From NCBI GenBank assembly GCA_011109175.1, contig RDEW01000027.1:198239-261799 (forward strand): 63,561 nt of DNA. Reading direction: 5' to 3'. The translations under genes and the position numbers were made by a program. Below the pieces are notes generated by a model. The model was not told where the DNA came from. It saw only the letters and a list, made by a program, of their open reading frames with translations, and made no database searches. Each line of letters opens with the position of its first letter. The stretch's first letter is position 1. The stretch is from Dicyema japonicum (lineage: Eukaryota > Animalia > Dicyemida). Shown here piece by piece: positions 1 to 13,012 of this stretch.

Positions 1-85
1 GGATAAATGGACGGATTTTAATTTAAAAAGTTTTGAACAAATAGAAACATTTACGAAAAAGTTACTGAATCTTCACATCCAACAA

Positions 86-232
86 ATGTAAGCTGAAGAA
101 TCAGCAAAACAGCATAGCAGTCGGTTAACCGAATTGAGGACACGTGTACAACAAATGCGGTATGAAGAATCAGCAAAACAGCATAGCAGTCGGTTAACTG
201 ATTTGAGAACACATGCCAACCAGTCCAGGCTG
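86..232 (+). repeat. 69-bp tandem repeat encoding 23-aa STPR-like units (EESAKQHSSRLTELRTRVQQMRY); possible Helitron N-terminal remnant
   Basis: Units start at 95 and 164 (period 69 nt = 23 aa). The E-S-x4-S-R-L pattern resembles STPR repeats. There is an in-frame TAA upstream. Confidence 0.45.
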
Positions 233-1239
233 TGGAGATCCCAGAAGAGACTCAGCGTCGTTTGTCAAATAATCGGAGACGTAGTACATCAAATGCCAAC
301 TTTTCTGCTATCTTGAGCCAATGGACAAAGTATGTCCGCACACAGAATCAATGACGAAATAAATTATTCAATTATTTTAGATCAAAGAGGGCATGCGATT
401 TAAAAAATGTATTCTCACCTTCGGGTGGAAGGAACATCTTGGAAGACTCCAAAATCGGGGATAAAAGTAACGCCTTAATAGCTATGCGAAATCCACGTGG
501 GGTATGGAGTATAGACACGTTGGATTGATTTCATTTGATCAGGTAATTTAATTTTTATATTTTTCGAATTTGAATATAAATATGCAGAAATGTAATGTGA
601 ATGAACAATTTTAGTAGAACTCGTGAATCCTATAAAGCTGTTCAATATGCAGAAGCACACCCAAACACGAAACTTAAAGAAATTGGCGCAAATTGTATTT
701 ATAGTGACTCTAGGATCTTCTTACCTTACACTATTATTCCAGCAGCTTGGAATAAAAGGAAGGCTTTATGTGGAAAACATAAACTATTTATATTACAGGT
801 TTTGAGATAATTTGAAAACAAACTACACAACCGCTCTCCTCGTATTTTCTAGTACTGATTGTTGTATGTATATATGTGACACGATAACTCGTAGGTAAAT
901 GGGTGGATTTTTATTTTGAAACAATTTTGAACAAATAAAAACATTTCCAAAAATGTAAGTGAATGTTGGGAGTCAATTGGTTCCTTGGTTACAAATGAAA
1001 CACAAATGGTTAATATTTGATATCTCATTTAAGCTACTTATTACGTATATTACGTTCGTATCTATATTGGGCTATTAAGCCTTTTTTAGGAGATAATTAA
1101 GTCACGTCTTAATGTGTGTTTAAATTATGCTATTAATTTAATTTTTTGGTAATGCTTCATGGAAAGAAAAAATTATTTTTTTTACAGATCGTACCGAAAA
1201 AAGAGAATTTCAATGAGAAATACCCGATTACATGAAACT

Positions 1240-1385
1240 AGTGCAACAGAGTGATCGTTTAATGCAATTGAGGATACATGCACAACAAATGTAGGCTGAA
1301 AAATCAGCAGAACAGCACAACAGTCGGTTAACCGAATTGAGGACACGTGCACAACAAATGCGGTATGAAGAATCAGCTAATAATT
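1240..1385 (+). repeat. Second cluster of the same 23-aa STPR-like repeat
   Basis: Translates QQSDRLMQLRIHAQQM*AEKSAEQHNSRLTELRTRAQQMRYEESA; clear nucleotide similarity to 86-232. Confidence 0.45.
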
Positions 1386-2699
1386 GATTAAAATTAGTTG
1401 AAGGTTCAAGGTTAGGAAACCACAAAAATGTAATCAGCGTCCCAGGTGACATTAAAATCAAAATGACCACAAGAAAATTAATAAAAAATGTGATTTTTTT
1501 CAATTTGTGCTGCAATTTTAGAAGGTGGTCCGCTATGAAATTAATTCCTTTCCATATCAAAAGGAAAAACTCAATGCAAACAATTTTTGAACTTGCGGAA
1601 ATACTTGGTTAAGGGATAAGCCGCTAAGAGAAAGTGGGCACCTCCAAGGATCCCAAGCCGTAAATAGATTATAAACTAAAATCTCTTTAATGGCTAAGTA
1701 ATAGTGTCGTTAGTTTATGAAAACTATTAAACATAATTTTTTATCTTTTTAATATAATCTCTCGTCCCCTTTCTTCACATGTACATGGCCAGATCTTCTA
1801 ATGTGCTTGGATTGAATGGTGGCTCAACAAAAGTCGATATACTAAGCTTTTGAAAAAAGAATGTGTAAGATACTTATTATTACGAGCTCTCGCCCCGCCA
1901 TGATAATGACAAAGCATGTCCAACTCGATAAACTAGTAACGAAGTCATCTTCCTCCACTTGACACTTTCAAAAGCAAGCTCACATAGTCGATCCTGATCC
2001 TATCTCTTAGGCCTCTCACAATTAACAGCGTACTTAGGTATGTGATCTTTTATTAAACCCATCGATGCTCGGAAAGGACATCTCTTGTATTCGCTAGGAA
2101 ATCGATTGTGGAATAGAATTTCTGGGAAAATCGACTTTCTTTTCCCTGGGATAGATAAGTTTCTGCTTTCTTCACAAAAGCGGAGGAATCCGACTCGTAA
2201 CTAAATTTATGATTGTAAAGAATGGTGGACAAATAAATTAAATTTCAATACTTCATTAGAAATGATAAGATTATTTTAACGATCTCCATTAGGAAGCTTA
2301 TCTGCTTTATTGACTTTCTACATTAAAAAACATCACTAATTTAGCATTGTATTTCACAAGAAATAATTGCCTGTTTCGAACTATAGAATATCGTAATTCG
2401 TTAAGCTTAGTTTTTGTCATTAAAAATCAAACAGAAAAGACATTCTTTTAAGATTAATTCATATACCGAGAAATAAAACGGAACACAGATATTGGGATCG
2501 CACTTAATTTGGCGATAACTTTACCCCCGTGCTTAATAATAATCGTAGATACCGTGATTTTTTAATATTTTTATGTTCAACACGATTTTTTTAAAATTCA
2601 GTTTTAGAAAGATTTAGGGGATTTTTAGTCCAACGCTCTATTTTGGAACTCACTACTCCATTTGGAAATTTTATTACGAAAATTACAATTATTAAGCAA

Positions 2700-3150
2700 T
2701 CTCGCCCTGCCATGGTAATGACAAAGCATTGCAACTCGAGAAACTAGCAACAAAGTCATCTTCCTCCACTTATCCCTGTCATACGAAAGCTCACGTAGTC
2801 GACCCAGATCCTCTCTCTTAAGTGTCTGCCAATCTTTTGAAGGTCCCAGTTGAGGATCATATGGATGGTGGTCCTCAGTCGTCCACGGAATTGGAGAACA
2901 TCATATGCAAAGAATTCCTCCATGGTTAGATAATCCTTTGATTTTAAATGCAATTTGTAGACCCTAATGAACGAATAATAGACATTATTATTAGGCAATC
3001 GTCCTGCCATGGTAAGACGAAGCATGTGCACTCGATACACTAGTAACAAAGTCATCTTAGTTATCTCCCAATCTTTTGAAGTTTCCCGTCGAGCAACATC
3101 GGGAGGATGATCCTCGGTCGTCTGGGATGGGGATCCTCAAAGGCTGGAAA
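2700..3150 (-). mobile_element. Degenerate RTE-clade LINE 3' end remnants (related copy at ~1890-2110)
   Basis: FRGRLRTTIHMILNWDLQKIGRHLR matches the RTE C-terminal motif FRGRPRITLP..L..DL..IG seen at 18146-18442. Confidence 0.6.
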
Positions 3151-3332
3151 GTCCTCCATGGCCAATGGACATTATTATTTTAATTATTAAATGACAAATT
3201 ATTGATTATGTATTCTATTACATAACAATGAACAATAAGATAATTTATAAACAGTTAGCTTTTTTCCATAAAAAATGAATTAACTCAACAAAATTTAATC
3301 AAAATCAAAATCCAAAAAAGAAGTAGAGATAA

Positions 3333-3794
3333 TCAATAGGCAGCATCGTCAATCCGTTCTCTGCTTCGTTTTCTTCGAGGATAAAACTTTAATCCATCAA
3401 AATTCTAAAAAATGATAAAACGACAAAACCAATTCATTATTTGGAGTGGCAAAACGGCTACCAATGAGTTTTGACCCATTTTGCCCAGTCACATTGATTG
3501 CTTCAAACCCTTTATTCCTCTTTCTCAACTCAAATTGAACAGCTTCTCCGTCTTCGAGACTCCGTGTATTATTTTGTGCCACCTCTCCTATACTATTCTA
3601 TCATGTCATTATTAAGATTACCACGTGCACAAACACATCCTCATTGTTGTCAGACCTACTATAAACTTTTAATGATACCTTTCTATAAATCCAAACCCTC
3701 GGTTCACGCTAAACCACTTTACATTTCCAGTGACAATTTTAGCATCACGACCTTTCTTATAAAATCACAACCAACCTGAATGAACACCTGACAT
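3333..3794 (-). CDS. Y-box/cold-shock domain protein, 121 aa, 5 exons
   Basis: Introns at 3752-3775, 3656-3678, 3598-3621 and 3405-3429 (24/23/24/25 nt, GT-AG). Spliced product [44 protein letters not shown]...GEAVQFE...AINVTG...GSRFA contains RNP1 (GFGFI) and RNP2 (VFVH). Confidence 0.9.
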
Positions 3795-4619
3795 TACTTT
3801 AGTTAGTTATACAATTATACTATTTATTATTAGGGTAACCAATTTATATTATATTATTTATTTATTTATTTTGACCAGAATCTATAATAATATTATTTAT
3901 ATATAGTCCGATACCAAGAAAAGTAAAACCCGGCCTTTAGGCATTAAGCACTAAATATTTTTATGGAAATCCTCTATTCCGTCACTTTGTATCCCACTTA
4001 GTGTTTCAGTTAAGAAAAATACCTTTCTGAGTGCCTTAAAGGATGCAAATTCTCTGGATTTAGCTCATTGTTTAGCCTTTTTGGGGATACATACCTACAC
4101 ATATGTTATCACTCTATTACTAACATATTTTTGGACCATAACTCCATAAAAGTTCAGATCATGAGTTCTTGAAATTTTGATGAGTCAGATGCCTGTCCAA
4201 TTTTCGATAAGGCGTGACTTTATATGCTAACTAAAAATGCTAATTAAAAATGCTAATTAAATTTAAACTTTGATGAAAACTCCTGGATATTCCACATATC
4301 TAAAAAGCTGTTCGGCCAATGAGAAAGCCGAAATGTTGAAAGGGAAAAAGTATCATGACCAACCAGAAAAAGTGATGTTACTTCTTTCACTGTGCAGACT
4401 TTCAGTGGCATTGGATTCTCGACCCTTGAATTTCTGGGTCGATTTGAGAATCGGATTTCCGCATGCTCTGATGGTCTCGCGACCGAAGATGGTTATTTGA
4501 GTGAGTTTCGTCTACAATTTGGTCTTCTAATTCAATGAAATTTGTTCAATCTGGTAATTCGCTTTGCTCACAGCGTGAATCTGCGGAGGGCCTACGCTCA
4601 CAGTTCGTTTTGCTCAGCA

Positions 4620-5090
4620 ATGCTTTTTTCACGTTAATTTATTTATTTAAAACCAAGAATCACCGACAAATTAAAAGAGATACGTGGCCGTTATGTATAC
4701 AGGCCTCCTTAGGCAACCTTTGCTTGGGGTTCTTCGCGATATTCGACGTACTTCCTGTTTCTTTTGGGAATTTTGGAGGTGTCAACAGGGCTCCTGTTCT
4801 CCTCACAAGGAGTTCGTCTTAGCGGCGAAATGAGCCCTAGTGACTGTTGCTTAAAAGACATTGATCTTCTCTAGATTCGTATTGGACAGGTTTGTTCCCC
4901 ATGCAACACAGCCATAGCTGATTGTCGGTTATATGTTCTCCTCACAAGGAGTTCGTCTTAGCAGGCGAAATGAGCCCTAGTGACTGTTGCTTAAAAGACA
5001 TTGATCTTCTCTAGATTCGTATTGGACAGGTTTGTTCCCCATGCAACACAGCCATAGCTGATTGTCGGTTATATGCATTGCACATATTGC
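4620..5090 (-). mobile_element. I/Jockey-like LINE post-RT fragment
   Basis: PTISYGCVAWGTNLSNTNLEKI motif is shared with copies at 26716-27366 and 37960-38190. Confidence 0.6.
4796..5074. repeat. Near-perfect tandem duplication, 2 x ~139 bp
   Basis: 4796-4934 is repeated at 4935-5074 with one extra base. Confidence 0.9.
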
Positions 5091-5799
5091 GAACTTAACG
5101 TTAGCTTAAGCAGCCTTTGTTGTATTAAGGCTGCGTTTTTATAAAGTTAAGTTTCCATTGGGACGAGGAAATGACGTTGCTAACGTGTTTACTGAATGTC
5201 ATGAGGGGGTCTACGTGATGCGCAATAACTTAACAGAGTTTGTGGAGAAAATTAAATCTCCACTTCACTATAAAGTTTAGAAGAATTATTATTACCCCAG
5301 GATCACTCAGTCAAAGAGAAAGAAATATAAGTTCTCAACAACTAAATGATCCCAGACCGACAAGTGAGAGGACAAGTCCAATGGAGTCGAGATTTCTGTA
5401 CAACTTGGAAGAATTCAGATAGATAGATAATTGTACTACATAACAAACTCGTTACTAATTAAACAGGGAGAAGCCAATGAGTTTGTCCTAGTTGATTGGG
5501 TCTGGTATAACGAGACACCATATGTCTCCTCTTCGAATTATTGACTCTTTGCGCCAAACGAGATTTATTTTTTCAAGTGGTGCAATATTTTTTCAATGAA
5601 AAAATATCTGTAGCTAAATTTTCTTAACCTCATAAATCTCATTAAAGTAAACCTATCAGGTTAATTCCAATGAAATTCAAGGACATTGTGCTCACATTGT
5701 CATAAATAGGTTTAACATTTAGTAGAAGCACAATTACAAATAAATTATTAACCCCAGTTTCACTACCATAGGAAGTCAGATTGAATCGATTAAGTGCCG

Positions 5800-6055
5800 G
5801 ATCGTTTTCAAATGCATGTTTGTATGAGGGATCGAATGATCCGGTAATTGTCCTATTTAAAACAAAAAATAGGACATTGTCCTATTTCAAAGATAAAATT
5901 GTCCTAAAATTATTATAATTATTTTTTGATCGTTTTCAAATGCATGTTTGTATGAGGGATCGAATGATCCGGTAATTGTCCTATTTAAAACAAAAAATAG
6001 GACATTGTCCTATTTCAAAGATAAAATTGTCCTAAAATTATTATAATTATTTTTT
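5800..6055. repeat. Perfect tandem duplication, 2 x 128 bp
   Basis: gatcgttttcaaatgcatg... starts at 5800 and again at 5928. Confidence 0.9.
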
Positions 6056-9000
6056 TAATTTTGTTAGTTTTTTTCAATGAATTTTAATTTACACGTTATA
6101 GTTTGTTTTTTGTTATGTATTAGCAGTCTTTTTTGTTTTTGTGTGTATTAAAAAAAATGTCATGTGGCTGGCCGACGACGTGGTGGCATCTGGAAGAAAA
6201 GAACCACATTTTCCCATATCTTCACGGGTGGACCAATAAGGAAGGCCTGCGCCGCTGCGGAGACGTTGAGGCAGACCAACCAGAATAGTCCAACTGAACA
6301 TAAATGGCATCAAGAACAAGATACTCGAACTTCGAACATTTGTGAAAGAAAATCACATCGACCTGTTGCTAATTCAAGAGTCTAAACTTTCTCCAAAGAA
6401 CTCAACACCAGTATTTCCGGAATTGGCAAACTTGGTGGGGGCCTTCTCACAGTTATTTCAACGGAACTAACAGTGTCTACAGTATGCTTAAAGGATATGG
6501 AAATCTCGAACTCTTGGTTACCAAAGTACGATTCCCAAGACTATCAATAACACTTGTCAACGCATATCTCCCATCGTTGAGTTCCTGCTCGTCCAGTGCT
6601 CCCAGACTCACTCCTCTCGCATACTGAAGGATGTGATAATCTGTGGTGACTTCAATGCGAAGCACCCACAGGACAAACCTACGACAAAAGAGGAAAGATG
6701 ATGATTGAGGACCTCCACAGCTCATGTATACACAACGATGCTGCATTCCATACAAGAACACCTACTCGACGTAACAATGAACTTTCTTCTATCGACATCT
6801 CACTGTCATCACCGTCTTTGGCCCCTCCTATTGACTGGTCAGTGAAATATGACACCAGGAGTGACCGCAATCTAACATTTTTGGAGGTCAAAACGAGGTC
6901 ACGAATGAAAGGACAATGTCCAACGATAACTAATTACAGCCTTGCGAATTGGAGAGGATTCAAGGATTACGTCGATAATTGCATTGGATTATTAAATTTA
7001 CCCACTCTTTCCTCCGTCGAACAATTAGTGAAATGGTTCAACTCCACCATAAACGCTGCGAAAAAGAAGTACATTTCTATGGGAAGGCAACCTACGTCAT
7101 CAAAACGTTTCAACACAACGACGAAACATCTGATCAGAGAACGAAATAATCTAAAAATGGTAAAATCGCCTACAGAAGAGAATATCAGAAAAATACGAGA
7201 ATTGAACAGAGAGATTGACAATAACATAAAGGCAGAAAATGCAAATAGATGGACGAGACTATCAAAGGCTCTCTGCAAAATCCCCCCAATGCAGAGAGTG
7301 TGGAAGTGGATCAAGAACATCAAAAGATCCTCCCCAGAGAGAAAGGTCGAAGTCTACATAAAACCAGACACTCTGATAAAATATTACACGTTTATCTCCT
7401 ACAAGAAGTTTTCAAAAGAACACCAAGTATTCCTGAAAAAGATTGAACCGAAACGCTCCGATGACTGGATCCTATTTATTAGTCAGGATGTTCGCAGAGC
7501 CATATCCAAAGCCAACAACTCAGAGGCCAAAGGACCAGAAAACACAACCACATGTGAACTGAAGCACCTAGGCCATCGAGACCTGGAACTACTAGCCTAT
7601 ATCTTCAACCTATCCATTAACACTAATACAATCCCTGATATATGAAAAAAGTCTCTAATCAGACCTATCCGAAAATCCAACAAACCAATAGATGAATCAT
7701 CTTCCTACCGCCCAATATCTATTCTGAGCCCTGTCTCAAGGATCCTTGAAAGGCTTGTTTCGAAAAATTACAAGACTCAATACCTTCGACTCAGCACGGA
7801 TTCCGGGATAACCATTCGACCACAACACACCTTACAACCTTCACACAGTTCATTGCGGAAGGATTTAACTCCCCCAAACCCCATCAGAGGACAGTACTTA
7901 TATCTGTGGACATCACAAAAGCGTTCGACTCAGTTTCTAGGAAACAACTTACAAAGAAAATATTTGAAACCAACATCCATCCGAACCTGAAACTTTGGCT
8001 TGGAAACTTCCTAAATGGAAGACGAGCACAAGTACTCTGCAACAACATCAAATCAAGATCTCGCTATTTCCCAAATGGAGTCCCTTAAGGCTCCCCACTA
8101 TTACCCCAACTCTTCAATCTCTACATAAACGACATGCCACAAACCTGTAATGAAAACTGTTTAATCGTCTCATATACCGACGATATCATTCTTGCCTCCT
8201 AGGACAGAAGCATTCAATCAGCGACCCAGTCCGCTCAACAAATGCTTGACAAGCTGGAACTATGGCTCTCGAAGCGGAGACTCGACACACCAGCAACAAA
8301 ATCCTCTGTCACGCTGTTTACCACTTAGAGACCAAACTGGGGTTTTGCCACGATTTATGAACAATTTATCCGACCAACGATGATGTATGCAAGTCCTTAA
8401 TGGGCAATGCAGATTTCACGATCCTCGTCATTGAAACTATCCGCAACCGAGGAGACTTCAATCAGGTTAATTGGAAAGAACACAAAATCCAGCCCATTTA
8501 AAATTTCTTAATCGAATTACAACGGAAACTCTTAAAGGAGGCTAGTATACCGAGCTGCCTTCTATTCCATACACTATCGAAATATCTACAATCGTACAGA
8601 AATTTTAACCCGATGTCCAATGAGAAGAGCTGTTTAGGATTCTCGACCCCGCCGGACTCGTCTTCTCTTTGTCGGTCTGGGATCACTTAGATGAAAACTT
8701 TTATTTCTTTCTTTTTGACCCAGTGATTTTGGGGGTAATAATAATAATTAGCAGTCTTCATTTAATTATAGATTTGTATTTTATTAAAACTTCTAGAACT
8801 TAGAGGAAAAAATAAGGAACAAATTTCAAAAGCAATTTCCAAAAACTCATACATATTCACAAGAACACCTAAAAGAGATTTATTTTGCCAAAAATGCTCT
8901 AAGATAGTAAAATCTTCTAAACAATACTACATCGATCAACATCTTAATGAAAAAAAGTTATCAAACAGAATGCCAAAAAGTATAGAGACTACTCAAGTTT

Positions 9001-9588
9001 TTCCCCCTAAAGAAAAAGAATAAAAACTGGATATCTTTTTGGTTAAAGCATTTTTTTGATTATTGCTGCAAATGTGAAGCAATCAATAATGAATGAAATT
9101 TTGTTTTATGAACTCTTTGAAATTGCGCAATATAAATGGCTAAAATCTAATTTGGAAAAATTGCTCACGATATTTAATCCAAGAAAGTTATGCAGATTTT
9201 AAAAAGATCAGTTCTATTTAGGTAAGGGGGGATATTGAAAATTATTTTATCAAAAGGTGTGAGAAGAATGATTTACTGGATGTTGTTAAAATGACTAACA
9301 AATCAATAAATCCAATGACATATTGCAAACTTCTAAAATGTCCCTCTGCTTCAATTGCAGTAACAATCTTTCTCCCGTTTGAAAAAACAGATGTCTAAAG
9401 ATAGAAATTTCAATGTAAACAATATTGAAAAATATTTCATGCTAAATTATAATTTCTCTAACAATACATAGTTTTTGTTAATTACCATTAAATTGTTTTT
9501 AAATGATTTGTCCTATTTTCTTTTTAAGATGTCCTAATTATACTATTTTTTAAAATGTCCTAAAAAATGTCCTATTATTTTCGCTCTA
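5846..9588 (+). mobile_element. Defective hAT-type DNA transposon (CGGBP1-like), interrupted by a LINE
   Basis: GTCCTA subterminal repeats at both ends; right end ...ATTTTCGCTCTA. Zinc-finger remnant LFCQKCSKIV...IDQHL at ~8880-8950. hAT dimerization-like remnant CPSASIAV..SFSRLKKQMSKDRNFNVNNIEKYFMLNYN at ~9340-9455. Confidence 0.65.
6131..8746 (+). mobile_element. Apparently full-length ~2.6 kb APE+RT non-LTR retrotransposon (I/Jockey/Ingi-like), pseudogenised
   Basis: 12-bp TSD ATTAGCAGTCTT at 6119-6130 and 8747-8758; (TAA)n tail. APE motifs QLNINGI, LLIQES and CGDFNAKH; RT motifs VDITKAFD, GVP(Q)GS and YTDD. Several stops and frameshifts. Confidence 0.85.
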
Positions 9589-10439
9589 GTGATCACTTAA
9601 TTGTGATTGTGACATTTCACTGAAAAAATACTATTATTATTCATTCCCACAAGATCACTGGGTTAAAGAAGAATGTCCTCACTTAACTAAGTGATCCCAG
9701 ACCTACAACCAGCGGACGGGCATAATGAACCGCAGATATGAAATCTTCTCGGTTTGATTTTTGTGATCTTCAATACACATGTCTTAAAGTGGGTTGATGG
9801 ATCCACGTATAGAAAATTTCCTTATGGCTAAAAATCAATTGCTGACAAACAGACAGACATACTAATTTACCTAGTTTTATGATAAGTGAAGCCCATGTCT
9901 TCCCTTTTTGGACGAGGTGACGAACTTAAGAGAAACCAAAAACCTCATGTTCTAAAGAAGAGAAGTGTCGGATAGATGAGTACACTAGTTCAAATATCAA
10001 TAGCTAATCTCCTTTCAGAAGAGTCGACCATAAACAACCGCTGAGGTTTCCTCCGATTCTCAGTCTGAGTGAATATAGGAATGGCATAAAAAAGGATCAT
10101 TAAATTAGTGGTTCCAAGAACTGCAAGGATTAGATGTGTTCTTCCGTTTCCGTTGGTTCTGTATTAGCTAGTACGTAACATTGGTATATTTGTTTCTGGG
10201 TTCGTGGAAACTAGATACACGTGATTAGTTGTTAACTATTAAGTTTTTTCTCGGTGTATCCTGGTTAAATAAATAATTTATCTAAATTTTCCAAGGTGCG
10301 TTACACAGTGACCGGAGGTTACCTGTTCATTTTTAGATTGTGCGGTTCAAATGGGGAACACTGAGCCAAGTTGAGTGCTGAGATGTGTTAATTCACATTT
10401 TTATCTAGATTTAGTATTTTATTTTAATATGTTAATTTA

Positions 10440-11150
10440 TTCCACATGCCACCAAGTACTCATGTTCGACTCAGGATTTCATCAATCATTGAGTCCGCAA
10501 TCCTTTCACTGATTATGCTTTTTTTATTAAAGGACGTTGATGTTTAGTATCAAGTACTTCAATGTTCCCCCATTATTGGGGATAAAGAGAGTTTCAGGCT
10601 GTACCTTCCAAAATTAATGCGGACAACTATTCTTGATCTTCAATAACTGTCATCAAAACATTCAGTCTTTGCTAAATGACTACTTGAAGCATCCTCGTCA
10701 GAGTGATACATTACCAATTCGTTCGATATGGGTTTCCTTAATATTCGACGTTGTAGTCAGACGCACAGAAACGGCAACCGTCTCCGAATGATTTATCCAA
10801 CTAACTCTTCTTTTTCCCAAAGACAGACTGTTCTTATCCAAGCTTATACAGTTTGTACGATATGAATAAGGATATCGAAACAGAATTAATATCTTCATTA
10901 TATACATGCATCTTCATACAGATGATTCTCAAGGTTCTTTCAATTTTTGGCTGGATGAGATTTGAACCCCAATGCTCAGTCTATTCGACACTTATTCTGT
11001 TCAGAACTAAAACTTTCCGATGTCTCTTGAGTTCGCCACCTTGTACACGCTACGAGAAGAAAAACATGGTCTTGGATCCATCACGAAACTAAGTAGACAT
11101 TTCCTGCAACAGAAGCATCCCACCAATTCAATCTTTCGGCTGACTCACCA
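10440..11150 (-). mobile_element. Degenerate R4-like (REL-type) retrotransposon fragment
   Basis: Fragmentary translation resembles the post-RT/CCHC region of the element at 59830-62060. Confidence 0.45.
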
Positions 11151-11164
11151 CTTAGCAAAATACA

Positions 11165-12900
11165 TATTATTATTACTCCAGGATCACTGGGTCAAAGAGT
11201 AAGAAATAAAAGTTCTCAACTAATTAAGAGATCCCTGACCGAGAAGGAAGAGGACGAGTCCGTCAGGTCGAGACTCCTGTACTGCTCTTCTTATCAAATA
11301 TGTCATCGACTCAAACTTTTTACATGTTTGTATATATTCCGATAGTCTATGAAACAGGGGGGAGCTCTTTAGACTGACCGCCTTAAAGAATTTATGGGAA
11401 TTCAATGGGCTGGATTTTTTGTTATGGTCCAGTTAACTTTATTGCAGCTGGATTACGGGTAGTTTCAAGGATGGGAAGCGTGAAATCTGCATTAACTACG
11501 AAGGACTTGCATGCGTCATCGTGAGTCTGATAAATTGTTCATAAACTGTGCAAGGCTCCCAGTTTGGTCTTTAAGTGTTTTTGAGAGCACTTTTAAAAAT
11601 CTCATTTTCTTCAGAGCAGTTAATTGATGTTTGCCTTTGTGTTTTGTTAGTAGAATCCCCAGAATCCTTGGTGTTTTGTTAGTAGGAATAGCCTCGTTCT
11701 TCATATGATTTTTGGTTCGACACAAAGCTGTTTTTTGTATGTGGTAAACAGCGTGACAGAGGACTTTGTCGAGCCTCCGCTTCGAGAGGCATAGTTCCAG
11801 CTTGTCAAGCATTTGTTGCTTCTGTCCTTAGAGCCAAGAATGATATCGTCGGCCTAGGAGAGGATTAGACAGTTCACATTACAGGTTTGTAACATGTCGC
11901 TTATGTAGAGGTTGAAGAGTTGGGGTGACAATGGGGAGCCTTGAGGGACTTCATTTTGAAGGTAGCGAGATTTTGATTCTATGTTGTTGTAGAGTACTTG
12001 TGCTCGTCTTCCATTTAGGAAGTCGAGCCAAAGCTTCAAGTTGCTTTTGTGATGTCCACGGATATAAGTACTGTCCTAGGAAGTTAAATCTTTTTGCAAT
12101 GAAGGGGGTTGTGAGGTGTTTTCAAATAGGTTTGATTGGGAACTTCTTCCATATTTCAAGGACTGTGTTCGTGTTGATGGATAGGTTGAAGATATAGGAT
12201 AATAGTTCCAGGGCTTGATGGCCTAGGTGCTTCAGTTCACATGTGGTTATGTTGTCTGGTCCTTTGACCTCTGAGTTGTTGGCCTTGGATATAGCTCTGC
12301 GGACATCCTGACTAGTAAAGAGGATTCTGTCATCGGAGCGTGTCGGTTCAACCTTTTTCAGGAATCCTTGGTGTTTTTTGAAAACTCCTTGTAGGAGATA
12401 GACGCATAATATTTTATCATGCTATCGGGTTTTATGCAGACTTTGATTTTTTTGTTTTGGGGAGGATTTTTTGATGTTCTTTATCCATTTCCTGACTCTC
12501 TGCATTGGGGTTCCTGCAGAGAACCTTCAATAGTGTCGTCCATCTAATCATATTTTTTGCCTTGATGTTTTTGTCGATCTCTTTTTCCAATTCAAGAGTC
12601 CAATGCAAGTATCAACGTACTCCTTGAATCCACTCCAGTTCGCAAAACTGAAATTAATTATCTTCTGACACCTCGTTTTGACATCCAAAAATATCGTATT
12701 GTGGTCACTCCTGGTGTCATACTACACAGACCAGTCAATATGAGGGGCCAGGATGGAGATGACTGTTAGATGTGAGTGAATCTGGGAGCACAGGAAAAGC
12801 AGGAACTCAAAGGCGGGAGATATGTTTTGACCAATTTTATTGAAAGTTTTGTAAATCAGATTTAGGTAGCCACAAGTTCGAGATGTCCATATTCGTTGAG
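11165..12900 (-). mobile_element. Second copy of the 6131-8746 LINE family, internally deleted
   Basis: High nucleotide similarity (LKLWLDFLNGRRAQVL, VPQGSPLSPQLFNLY) and the same 3' end with TAA tail. Confidence 0.85.
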
Positions 12901-13012
12901 CATACATTATCAGTTATATCCTAAAACGGAATTTCAGTGAAAATTACCGTGACCATAAATAAACAGAAACATTACAAAATCAAGAATAAATGTTAATAAA
13001 TATCTAATTTAT

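Noticed and set aside
95-232. Direct repeats as a CRISPR array or satellite
   Set aside because: No spacers, the period is a codon multiple, and the context is eukaryotic; the other doublets have only two units.
601-810. ORF with HTH-like KAVQYAEAHPNTKLKEIG
   Set aside because: May be a pogo N-terminal remnant, but it is too short and has no TIR or DDE support.
86-1300. TAA/TAG at the same position in repeats, hinting at stop-codon reassignment
   Set aside because: Host genes terminate normally at TAA (RFC2, BBS5), TAG (RPL36) and TGA (RPA2).
6157-6290. Possible HDV-like ribozyme at the LINE 5' end (ACGTGGTG recalls L1Tc)
   Set aside because: Only partial P1/P3 pairing; no P1.1-capable L3 and no catalytic C in a J4/2 position. 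It could still be tested on a family consensus.
9570-9590. CTAG|T end suggesting a Helitron terminus
   Set aside because: No subterminal GC hairpin; the internal sequence is hAT-like and the end matches an inverted TAGRG terminus.
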